NCBI GenBank assembly: GCA_016839585.1
Contig: JAEOTZ010000018.1
Coordinates: 1-64,000, forward strand
Length of the DNA stretch: 64,000 bases
Source: Promethearchaeota archaeon
Lineage (GTDB): Archaea > Asgardarchaeota > Lokiarchaeia > Sigyniarchaeales > SOKP01
Reading direction: 5' to 3'
The position numbers and the translations under genes were made by a program. Within the stretch, counting starts at the first letter, position 1. Every line of letters begins with the position of its first letter. Positions 41,477 through 50,300 of the stretch are shown piece after piece. The notes under the pieces are model-generated. The model ran no database searches. It was not told where the DNA came from and saw nothing but the letters and a program-made list of their open reading frames with translations.

Positions 41477-42403
41477 ATGAAAATTAGACCTTTTGAATCA
41501 AATGACAAGACTAGAGTTGTAGAGGTACTGGATCGAGTACTTAAGTATGATAATCCTGCTTTGGGGATGGATGAAGACCTGTTTAATGCAGCATTAGCAT
41601 TCGAGGGTGAGCAGACTATTCTTTCCCGTGATTTTTTGGTTGCAGAAGATAATGAAGGAAAAATAATTGATTTTAGTGGTCTTCTTAAATCTTCTAAGCG
41701 AGATTCTTGGCGGTTAGCATTTGAGGTAATACCAGAATATTTTACATCAACTATTTTTGTAGAATTATTTGAATCGATATTAAACATCAAAAATGAACAA
41801 AATGGCCCAGAGATTAGATTTTCCTTAAAAAAATATAAATTAACAGATTCACCACTTCAAAGAAAGCTCAATGAAATGGGATTAAAACCAGTTCATTATA
41901 ATTGGGAGATATTTTTAGAGGATACTGACCCACCTCCCAAAATAAACGTTCCACCTGGCATTAATATTCATTCAGGTAAGGATGTAACTGATATAGCGAG
42001 TTATATTAATGTGCATAATGAAGCTTTTAGTGAACATTTTGGATTCAGACCTTATTCAGAAAAAGAATTCAAATTAATCCTTAAGAAAGCATGGAAAGCA
42101 TATGATATTGAACATTGGTTTGCTTATGACAAAGAAAAACTTGTTGGGGTTTGCACCTCTCAAATCAATCCAGAATTTAAAACGATTGGTCTTATACAAA
42201 TATTAGGTGTTCTTCCAAGTTATCAGCACCGGGGAATTGGAAGATGCTTGCTGGCATCTAACATTCAATCACTTATTGAGAAGGGATGTGAAAAGATCGA
42301 GTTAGGTGTTGAGGCTAATAATGAAAAAGCGTTAACTTTGTATAAGAAATTTGGTTTTAAAGAAGATGAATCACGAACAGTAATGATCTATAAAACTAAA
42401 TAA
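41477..42403 (+). CDS. Tandem-GNAT acetyltransferase (MshD-like)
   Basis: LGVLPSYQHRGIG, LGVEANNEKALTLYKKFGF; HNEAFSEH. Confidence 0.85.
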   Translation: MKIRPFESNDKTRVVEVLDRVLKYDNPALGMDEDLFNAALAFEGEQTILSRDFLVAEDNEGKIIDFSGLLKSSKRDSWRLAFEVIPEYFTSTIFVELFESILNIKNEQNGPEIRFSLKKYKLTDSPLQRKLNEMGLKPVHYNWEIFLEDTDPPPKINVPPGINIHSGKDVTDIASYINVHNEAFSEHFGFRPYSEKEFKLILKKAWKAYDIEHWFAYDKEKLVGVCTSQINPEFKTIGLIQILGVLPSYQHRGIGRCLLASNIQSLIEKGCEKIELGVEANNEKALTLYKKFGFKEDESRTVMIYKTK

Positions 42404-42600
42404 CACATACCTCATATTATCTCTCTTTTTAAAAATTACTTCTTCGATTTTCTCTATAAAAATCTCCTTTAAATTATAATAACTATAATCTTTGATGCTG
42501 AAAAATATAAAACTAAAAAATTAAAAAACTATCTACCACATATTTAGATTGTCATTTCTAATATAAAGAATTAAATAAAAAAAAAATAAAGTGATAAAAA

Positions 42601-43638
42601 GTGGCTAAAAGAATATCGATCAATGGATTCGGAAGGATTGGGCGCAATTTTTTTCGCGCGTTATCGGAAAAATATCCCAATGATATCGAAGTTGTTTCCA
42701 TTAATGATTTGTTTGAACCCAAATATCTAGCTTATGTCTTAAAATACGATACAGTATTTGGAAGATTTCAGGGTACTGTCGAGTCTAATGAAAATGCGTT
42801 AGTTGTGAATGGGAAAGAAATTCCAATCACAGCTGAGAGAGATCCAGCAAATTTACCACATTCGAGTAATAATATTGATGTAGCAGTAGAATGTACTGGA
42901 TTCTTTACTAAAAGAGAAGGTGCCGCAAAGCATTTAGAAGCAGGGGCTAAACGAGTCCTTATCAGTGCACCTGCCGTTAATCCAGACTTTACTGTCGTTA
43001 TCGGGTGTAATGATGATAAATTAACTAATGAGCATAAAATTATCAGTATGGCGAGCTGTACTACTAATTGTTTAGGTCCTGTAGTAAAAGTGTTAAATGA
43101 CAATTATAAAATACAAAGCGGTATTATGACCACAATTCACTCATACACCGGTGATCAGAGAACTGTGGATACCGCACGAGCAGGAGATCCTGTAAAGATG
43201 ATTAGAGGAAGAGGCGCCGCTGCAAATATTTTACCAACAAGTACTGGAGCGGCAAAAGCAATTGGTGTAGTCTTTCCAGAGTTGAACGGTAAGCTAGATG
43301 GTATAGCAATGCGTGTCCCAACACCAGATGGATCAGTAGTAGATTTAAAATGTAATGTAGAAAAAAGAGCGACAGCAACAGATATTAATAATAAAATGAA
43401 AGAATATGCAAATGGACAATTAAAAGGAATTTTAGAATATACTGACGATGCGATTGTAAGTAGCGATATAATAGGAAATCCAGCGAGTTCTATTTTCTCT
43501 TCACTATGGACAAAAGTTATAGGGAGTATGGTTGGCGTAGTCTCGTGGTAATCTTGCTACAATTAGTAAAAAGACCATATTGATAATGAATGGGGCTTCT
43601 CGAACCGTATGGCTGATTTGATCGTTCAAAAATTATAG
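42601..43638 (+). CDS. gap: Class I glyceraldehyde-3-phosphate dehydrogenase, split: exon1 42601-43550 plus exon2 43581-43638 (335 aa after splicing)
   Basis: NGFGRIGR, ECTG, ASCTTNCL, STGAAKA, RVPT; joined junction TGG TA|T GAT AAT GAA TGG gives SWYDNEWGFSNRMADLIVQKL*. Confidence 0.9.
43551..43580 (+). other. Candidate archaeal bulge-helix-bulge (BHB) intron in gap mRNA, 30 nt
   Basis: Central 4-bp helix GUGG(43545-48)/CCAU(43575-78); 3-nt bulges UA^A(43549-51) and AU^U(43579-81); intron helix UCUU(43552-55)/AAGA(43571-74); exon pairs C43544-G43582 and U43543-A43583. Confidence 0.82.
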
Positions 43639-43658
43639 ATGATTAATTACTAAATTCT

Positions 43659-43679
43659 CTTATTTTTTTATTTTTTTAT
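43659..43679 (+). terminator. U-tract archaeal terminator of gap
   Basis: TTATTTTTTTATTTTTTTA about 20 nt after the exon-2 stop codon. Confidence 0.55.
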
Positions 43680-43835
43680 CGTTTAATTTTCTTTCTAAAA
43701 TTCAATTGATAAATAAACCAATTTCCAAATTCTTCATCTAATTCAAAATTGTACTTTCTAATTGAGAAAAAGAAAAATTCTTTGTTTATTCCCATAAAAT
43801 ATATTTAATTGAAAGGACATTAGAATTATTATAAA

Positions 43836-44255
43836 ATGAATGTTGAAAAAATAAAGAAAGTATTAACAGAAATTTTATTAGAAAATAAGGAGATTATCGC
43901 ATCCTATCTTTATGGTTCTGTATTATACAGTGATTTATATGAAGATATTGATGTTGGATTATTAATTAGCGATATTTTTAAACCGAAACTAATGTATGAA
44001 GCAAAAATAGCTGGAAAATTAGAAAAAAAGCTTAGAGATACTTTTGGGGAGATTAAACCAGTAGATGTTAGAATTTTAAATGACAAACCTTTAAGATTTC
44101 TTTTTTCAATGCTTAAAAATTCTAAAATTATTTGCTCGAGTGATGAGACCAAAAGAATTAAATTTGAAGCAGAAGTTATGAAAGAATATTTAGATATTAA
44201 GCCACATTTCGAAATTTATGATAAGATGAGAGAGTTAAGATATGCAAATAGATAG
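43836..44255 (+). CDS. MNT (minimal nucleotidyltransferase) antitoxin
   Basis: YLYGS..EDIDVG, VDVRILN; overlaps downstream HEPN gene by 14 nt. Confidence 0.88.
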   Translation: MNVEKIKKVLTEILLENKEIIASYLYGSVLYSDLYEDIDVGLLISDIFKPKLMYEAKIAGKLEKKLRDTFGEIKPVDVRILNDKPLRFLFSMLKNSKIICSSDETKRIKFEAEVMKEYLDIKPHFEIYDKMRELRYANR

Positions 44256-44664
44256 AGAATTAATTCATGGAAAAATAGATATTATTGAACGAAATATTAC
44301 CTTTTTAAATACATATAAAGAAAAGAGTGAAGTTGAAATTTTAAGTAGCTATAAAGATGTTCAAGCTATTAAATATTCACTATTTGAAATAATTGAAGCT
44401 TGCATTGATATTGCGTCGCATATAATTTCTGGTAAAGGCCTTCAAAGAGCCGAAAGTTATGCTGAAATGTTTGAGATTCTTGGAAAAAATGATATTTTAA
44501 AAACTCAATTGAGTAAAGAATTATCCAATATGGCAAGATTCAGAAATGTCCTTGTTCATGGATATGCTAAAATTGATAATTCTAAGATTCTTGTTTTTAC
44601 AAAAGAAAAACTAATAGATGTGGAAAATTTTATTAAAGCAATAATAGAATTAATAAAAGAATAA
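44242..44664 (+). CDS. HEPN/DUF86 RNase toxin
   Basis: RNVLVHGY (Rx4HxY) motif. Confidence 0.9.
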   Translation: MQIDRELIHGKIDIIERNITFLNTYKEKSEVEILSSYKDVQAIKYSLFEIIEACIDIASHIISGKGLQRAESYAEMFEILGKNDILKTQLSKELSNMARFRNVLVHGYAKIDNSKILVFTKEKLIDVENFIKAIIELIKE

Positions 44665-44697
44665 TCTTTTTAAAGTTCTTTAAATAATAAAATAACC

Positions 44698-45627
44698 ATG
44701 GATCTTAGCACGGGAAAACCAATTGAAATAACTCACAAAACACTATTTGATGAGTACTTTCAAAAATATCCACCAGAAATTTCTGAATTTACATTTACAA
44801 ACCTCTTCATGTGGAGGAATTATTATAATTTCTTACTCATGGAGTTTAAGGAGCACCTAATCTTATTTTCTAATGATTATCTGAAAAATAGGAAAAATCC
44901 AATTAATGCAGGCTCTAGCGATTATATTTACTTCTTTCCTCCAATCGGTCCACATCCAGATGAAATCATTATTAAATTATTTGAGGATATTAGTAATATA
45001 GAAATTCATAGAATTCCAGAAGAAATATGCGAAAAAGTAACTCAAAATGAGAAATATAATAAATTAAATCTAGATTATCTTGAAGATCGGAATAATTGGG
45101 ATTATATTTATAACAAAGAAGAGATTTCTAATTTAGCGGGAAATAAGTTCAGACAAAATAGAAGATGGCTACAAAAATTCCTTAACAATTATGATTATGA
45201 TTTCCAATTGATAACAGGAAATCTTATTGAGAAATGTAAAGAACTACAATTGGAATGGTGTGTAATGAGAGCTTGCACTGAAGATGAAAGTTTAGAAGCA
45301 GAACAAGAAGCAATATATGAAGCACTAAACAATTTTAATACGTTAGGTTATATTGGGGCAATACTTTGTGTGGAAGATAAATGTGCTGCTTATACATTTG
45401 GTGAAATGTTAAATGAAAGAACTTTAGTAATTCACATTGAGAAAGCCCATATGGAATACGATGGTGCCTATCAAGCAATCAATAATTTATTTTTAAAAAA
45501 TTGCTGTGTAGATGCGGTTTATGTTAATAGAGAACAAGATTTGGGAATAGAAGGGTTAAGAAGAGCAAAAGAATCTTATAAACCTACTTATATGGTAAAA
45601 AAAAGCATAATTTACCGAAAAGACTAA
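44698..45627 (+). CDS. DUF2156 (aminoacyl-phosphatidylglycerol synthase C-terminal-like) protein
   Basis: SEFTFTNLFMW, DYIY, HIEKA, NREQDLGIEGLRRAKESY.P. Confidence 0.85.
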   Translation: MDLSTGKPIEITHKTLFDEYFQKYPPEISEFTFTNLFMWRNYYNFLLMEFKEHLILFSNDYLKNRKNPINAGSSDYIYFFPPIGPHPDEIIIKLFEDISNIEIHRIPEEICEKVTQNEKYNKLNLDYLEDRNNWDYIYNKEEISNLAGNKFRQNRRWLQKFLNNYDYDFQLITGNLIEKCKELQLEWCVMRACTEDESLEAEQEAIYEALNNFNTLGYIGAILCVEDKCAAYTFGEMLNERTLVIHIEKAHMEYDGAYQAINNLFLKNCCVDAVYVNREQDLGIEGLRRAKESYKPTYMVKKSIIYRKD

Positions 45628-45753
45628 ACAAAATCAGATTAAAATTTCTCAAAAAGAAGAAAAATCGCTTAGATTTAAATTCTTAAAATTTCTAGTATCA
45701 ATATAACTTATATATTTTTTAATTTCCGATGATTCTAGAACATTAAGTTTTGT

Positions 45754-47421
45754 GTGATTATTATGGCAGATGAAGATTTAAAAGAAGAAAAACCCGTAGG
45801 AAGACTGACTGGTAAAACGACAACACATACCGTTACAGTGGTATTTGAAGGTCCTTCAGTTGAAAGGAATAATTATTTAGTTGTTTATGGTCAAAAAGAT
45901 GAAGGAGGGAGCAAGCCATATTATGTACTTTACATTACCGACATGTGGACTGATGAGAAGGGACGTATGGCAAAATTACAAGTATTAGGAGACAGACCAA
46001 CAAAACCTTTTGAAATTGGCTCAGATATCTTCATGGCTAAAGAGGAACAAATTTCAAAAATTTTAGGAATCTTTAATCCACCAGAAGAATCTCTCTCTTT
46101 GGGAAAGCTTATCGGTTATCCTTATGAAGTTTATTTATTAATAAAGAACTTTGGCAGAATCTTTATTACCGGAAAATCTGGTTCGGGGAAATCGTACAGT
46201 ATGGGCGTTCTAATAGAAGAGTTTCTTAAGAAGGGAATTCCTGTTGTAATATTAGATAGACATGGAGAATATGGTAGCTTAAAGGTTGCTGCTGAAGATG
46301 CTGGAGAAGGTGAAAGCGAATTTGTAGATAGCATAATTGAATTTTCTGATTTAAAGAAAAATAAGGGTGGAGATATTGATATAGAATACTTATTCTCATT
46401 AAAACCAACTGATATTGTAGCACCTAATCTTTGTACTGTAGTGAATTTGAATGGTTTAGCTTTAGAAGTTCAAGAGTCTATAGCAGGTAAACTATTAAAA
46501 AAGTTATATGAAGCAAGTACAACAAGAAGTATTCCTCCGTTCTACTTGTTTTTGGATGAAGCTCACTTATTTGCTGGAAAAAAGCAGACAGAAACCTGTG
46601 AAGTTGTTAAATTATTTGCCCAAGAGGGAAGAAAATTTGGAGCTAATATTATTATAGGAACACAACGTCCACAATTATTAGACACTACAATAAGAGCTCA
46701 AGCGGGAACTTGGGTTGTTCACAATCTTTCTGATATAAGAGACATTGGAATTACAATCTCAAGTGCTGAAGATTTAAGTAATGACAATAAATCAGATATT
46801 TCCGGTTTGGATAAAGGACAAGCTATTATCTGCGGGGAAGCAGTTAAAGGTATCCCCCTCTTTGTTAAGATAAGAAAAAGACGTACAAGACATGGAGGTG
46901 TAAGCTTTAATCCTCTAGACTTCCTTTCAGGTCAAACTGTAGAGGAATTGCAGAAAAGGAAGCAGAGACTTTTAGGAGGAAAGTCAGCAGATGAATTAGA
47001 AACAGGAAAATCAATTTATCAAGAGATGATGGAACCTAAAACTTCAGCAGATTATTTAGAAGAGATTGCTGAATTAAAAGTTAGAATAAGAGAATTAGAG
47101 GATGAAGTATCTAGATTAAAACAAAAGGTAGCTGATGTAAAAGAAGGAAAGGAACTACCACTCGAAGCAACCGATGATGTAATACAAGAATTACAAACAG
47201 AAATAGATGTATGGAAAGAGAAATATAATTATCTAAAGGAAATGGCAGAGAAAGGAGAAGGGGAAATTCTTCAATTAACAGAAGATAGTGGAGCACTGTT
47301 AGATTTAAATAATAATATCATTGAATTAGAAGCTCAAGTTAAAAAATTTAAATCACGATACGACGATGCTTTAATCTTGGCAGAGAAATCAATAGCAGAA
47401 TTGAAAAAGAGAAAAAAATAA
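45754..47421 (+). CDS. HerA/DUF87-family ATPase with long C-terminal coiled coil (likely ATG start 45763)
   Basis: GKSGSGKS, DRHGEY, LDEAH, QEGRKFG, TQRP. Confidence 0.85.
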   Translation: MIIMADEDLKEEKPVGRLTGKTTTHTVTVVFEGPSVERNNYLVVYGQKDEGGSKPYYVLYITDMWTDEKGRMAKLQVLGDRPTKPFEIGSDIFMAKEEQISKILGIFNPPEESLSLGKLIGYPYEVYLLIKNFGRIFITGKSGSGKSYSMGVLIEEFLKKGIPVVILDRHGEYGSLKVAAEDAGEGESEFVDSIIEFSDLKKNKGGDIDIEYLFSLKPTDIVAPNLCTVVNLNGLALEVQESIAGKLLKKLYEASTTRSIPPFYLFLDEAHLFAGKKQTETCEVVKLFAQEGRKFGANIIIGTQRPQLLDTTIRAQAGTWVVHNLSDIRDIGITISSAEDLSNDNKSDISGLDKGQAIICGEAVKGIPLFVKIRKRRTRHGGVSFNPLDFLSGQTVEELQKRKQRLLGGKSADELETGKSIYQEMMEPKTSADYLEEIAELKVRIRELEDEVSRLKQKVADVKEGKELPLEATDDVIQELQTEIDVWKEKYNYLKEMAEKGEGEILQLTEDSGALLDLNNNIIELEAQVKKFKSRYDDALILAEKSIAELKKRKK

Positions 47422-47550
47422 ATAGTACTTGAGAAGATCCTCATAATTTAATTTTTTTTAAAAATTTTTTACCTATTTCTAAAATTTGATTAATTAGTTT
47501 TAATTATCTCAAATTATTTAAGTTCTTAATAAACTCAATTTCTTTTAATC

Positions 47551-48639
47551 ATGAAGAGTGAAATATTAAATATTGAAAGTATTAAAGCCTTACAGCGAAA
47601 ATTATCCTCCTTCTTTGGTGTTTCGGGATTTGAAGAAGATGTAAGTAGCTTTATCCTTAGTGAAATTGAGAGTAAAGGATTAGCTGATAAAGCTTGGATT
47701 GATCCATTAGGGAATGTTCTTGCCGTAAAAAAAGGAAATGATGGTCAGAAAAAAATCTTGTTAGATGCTCATACTGATGAAATAGGGTTCATGGTTTCTC
47801 ATATTGAAAAAACTGGTTTCCTAAGATTTGTTCCAATCGGTAGCTGGGATATTAGAATATTATTAGGACAAACAGTTATCATAAGATCTGAATCTGGAAA
47901 AGTTATTCACGGAATCATTGGTTCTAAACCTCCACATCTTACTTCAGTAAATGAACGAAAAAAGATTGTAGAAATTAATAATTTGTATATTGATATAGGA
48001 ATGGGCTCCAAAGATGAGGTATTAAATGGTAATATTAATATTGGTACTGTAGGTACCCTTTATTCTCCCTTTGAAGAATTTCCAAATAATATGGTTCGAG
48101 GAAAAGCATTTGACGATAGAACGGGGTGTAATGTACTTCTACATATAATGATGCTATTAAAAGAGAAATCTGAAATTAAAATTAAAGATACTATACTATT
48201 TAATTTTGCTGTACAAGAAGAAAGAGGAAGAGTTGGAGCTATAACAGGCGCTTTTAATCTTAATCCAACCATGGGACTTGCGATTGAAAATACTACGGCG
48301 GCAGATGTGCCTGGTATCAAAGAATCTGAAATCCCTGTATACATCGGAAAAGGTCCAGCCATTACAGTTGCTGATAAATCAATTATCTCAAGTCCTAAGG
48401 TAAATCGAAGGCTTATTAAAAATGCTGAGCATGAAAAAATTCCATTCCAAATAAAAAAACCGATGTATGGTTATACTGACGCTGGAAGAATTCAAGTTAC
48501 TCGGGAAGGTGTACCAAGTTCAGTAGTTTCTGTACCTTGTCGATATATTCATTCACCTACTTCCTTATTAAAGCTTGAAGATATATATGAAACAATTCGG
48601 TTGATTGATGTATTTATAAGAAACCCAGTGAATTTTTAA
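47551..48639 (+). CDS. M42 (TET) aminopeptidase
   Basis: DAHTDEIG, GSKPPH, KAFDDR, VQEE, RYIHSP. Confidence 0.92.
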   Translation: MKSEILNIESIKALQRKLSSFFGVSGFEEDVSSFILSEIESKGLADKAWIDPLGNVLAVKKGNDGQKKILLDAHTDEIGFMVSHIEKTGFLRFVPIGSWDIRILLGQTVIIRSESGKVIHGIIGSKPPHLTSVNERKKIVEINNLYIDIGMGSKDEVLNGNINIGTVGTLYSPFEEFPNNMVRGKAFDDRTGCNVLLHIMMLLKEKSEIKIKDTILFNFAVQEERGRVGAITGAFNLNPTMGLAIENTTAADVPGIKESEIPVYIGKGPAITVADKSIISSPKVNRRLIKNAEHEKIPFQIKKPMYGYTDAGRIQVTREGVPSSVVSVPCRYIHSPTSLLKLEDIYETIRLIDVFIRNPVNF

Positions 48640-48697
48640 CTATTAAAAAAGGTTTAAGAGAAATAAATAGATAAAATGCAATTTCATTCTTCAAATT

Positions 48698-49933
48698 TTA
48701 CTTGTAGAGATCTTTTTCTAAAGAATAAGTTATTAAGATGAACATTCCTGAAATTCCAAATAATACAACTGAAGTTAATATTAGAAATTCCATTACTACA
48801 AAAGAATAGAGTAAATAGCTTATTGGAACAAATATAATTTTAGCCAAAGAGGTATAGGTCTGAAGAAATTGAAATTTACATGTTTTATACTTTTCATTTT
48901 TAGAAATATCAGTAATAAAAGAAGTATATGAGAAAATAGCCAAGCTTGCTGTAAAAGAAAGCCCAAAATTTATAATCAAAATCAACATGAAATTTGAAAC
49001 TGCTAAGGAGCCCATCAAAAGCATATATGAAATTATACCAATAAACATCAATTTTCTCTTATCATACTCCTTTCCATTATTACCTTTTTTAAGATCTAAT
49101 TTATAGGCAATAATATTGCCTAAAAGTTGCCCTATTGGAAAAATCAATAATAAAAAACTATATACTCTAAATGATGATTCTCCAAATTTATTTAAAATCC
49201 ATGAACTAAAAAGATAAAGGAATAATAAATCGGAACTTCCAAGAAAAAATGCAATATATATAATTAACATAATAGGATTTTTATTATTCAGAGAATTACT
49301 TTTACTAGATTCTTTTATACTAGAAGTAGGGGAGAGTAGTTGTATTTTACTATTTAAAGCAACACTTATTATAATAAAGATAATCATTACTGAAAAACAA
49401 AGAAAAAAGAAAATATGCCATAACGTCAACAATGATATTTTAACTATAATAACTTGAAAAAGTATTGATGTCGTTAGATAAGCTATAATTGTAGTGATTC
49501 TGAGAATTAGGATAATAGTTTGTTTAACAGAGGGAAATTCTTGAGAAATTCGTAAATAAAGATTACTCATTATTGTTCTGATTAAGAAAATTGAAAAAAG
49601 TGAAAGAAAAGTAAATAATCCGAATAAATATAGTGATTCCTTATAAAAAATAAATATTAAAATACTTCCACACAAAATTAGACAACAAATATAGAATAAA
49701 AGTTTACTTTGAACTTCCTTTTTAAAATATCTATCATAAAAATAGCCAAATAAAGGAGACATGAATAAGGGTAAGTATGGGAATATTTGTACTAAAGCTA
49801 ATTCTTTAGGATCTACTTTTAAAACATCTAAATAAAATAAAGGGATAAAATAGAGAAAAATTACTTGAAACATGGTAATAACGAAATATATCAGAAAGAA
49901 GCTGAGATAGATTTTGCTTTTATGGAAATTCAT
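48698..49933 (-). CDS. MFS-like 12-TM transporter (track start TTG 49972; ATG 49933 more likely)
   Basis: About 12 hydrophobic segments; GYFYDRY loop motif. Confidence 0.7.
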   Translation of the reverse strand: MNFHKSKIYLSFFLIYFVITMFQVIFLYFIPLFYLDVLKVDPKELALVQIFPYLPLFMSPLFGYFYDRYFKKEVQSKLLFYICCLILCGSILIFIFYKESLYLFGLFTFLSLFSIFLIRTIMSNLYLRISQEFPSVKQTIILILRITTIIAYLTTSILFQVIIVKISLLTLWHIFFFLCFSVMIIFIIISVALNSKIQLLSPTSSIKESSKSNSLNNKNPIMLIIYIAFFLGSSDLLFLYLFSSWILNKFGESSFRVYSFLLLIFPIGQLLGNIIAYKLDLKKGNNGKEYDKRKLMFIGIISYMLLMGSLAVSNFMLILIINFGLSFTASLAIFSYTSFITDISKNEKYKTCKFQFLQTYTSLAKIIFVPISYLLYSFVVMEFLILTSVVLFGISGMFILITYSLEKDLYK

Positions 49934-50091
49934 ACTTATTCCTTTCCCATTATTATTAATTTTAATTTTCAAATACTCCTTTTAAAGTCCAATTTTTATT
50001 CAGAATTGGATATTGCTTTATATTAAAGAGAATTATAAACGGTATTATAAAATATAAAATGTAAAATTCGAAAACGAATTTTACGGTCAAT

Positions 50092-50121
50092 TTAGGGAAC
50101 TGTCTCTCCACCAAAATACAT
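50092..50121 (-). CDS. Candidate 9-aa micropeptide MYFGGETVP
   Basis: GGGGAGGAGG SD (50140-50131) 9 nt before ATG; bracketed by perfect inverted repeats at 50153-50170 and 50061-50084. Confidence 0.35.
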   Translation of the reverse strand: MYFGGETVP

Positions 50122-50204
50122 TATAATAAACCTCCTCCCCGTTAACCAATACGTAGATAACCTTATCTACAATAACATATTTCTAGATTTATTTTTAAAG
50201 TAAA

Positions 50205-50242
50205 CGAAAAAAAGAAAAATAACTAAGGAAAAGGTGCCTTAG
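50205..50242 (-). terminator. Hairpin plus U-tract after OFA-MFS gene
   Basis: CTAAGG-8nt-CCTTAG (50223-50242) followed on the minus strand by TTATTTTTCTTTTTTT. Confidence 0.5.
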
Positions 50243-50300
50243 GCAAAATATGTTTTTATATAAATGTAAAAAAAGAAAAAATGGATTAGGATATACTTAT

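Noticed and set aside
43551-43580. Spliceosomal GT-AG intron or transposon footprint
   Set aside because: GT occurs at 43548 but no AG acceptor gives a frame restoring WYDNE; there is no target-site duplication
43549-43581. Stop-codon readthrough, frameshift or simple pseudogenisation as the explanation for the gap break
   Set aside because: Three in-frame stops and 10 extra codons inside the invariant WYDNE motif exclude readthrough; both exons are otherwise intact and the insert forms an exact BHB
43676-43795. 39-aa minus-strand ORF MGINKEFFFFSIRKYNFELDEEFGNWFIYQLNFRKKIKR
   Set aside because: No SD or recognisable motif; it could be a remnant but cannot be supported
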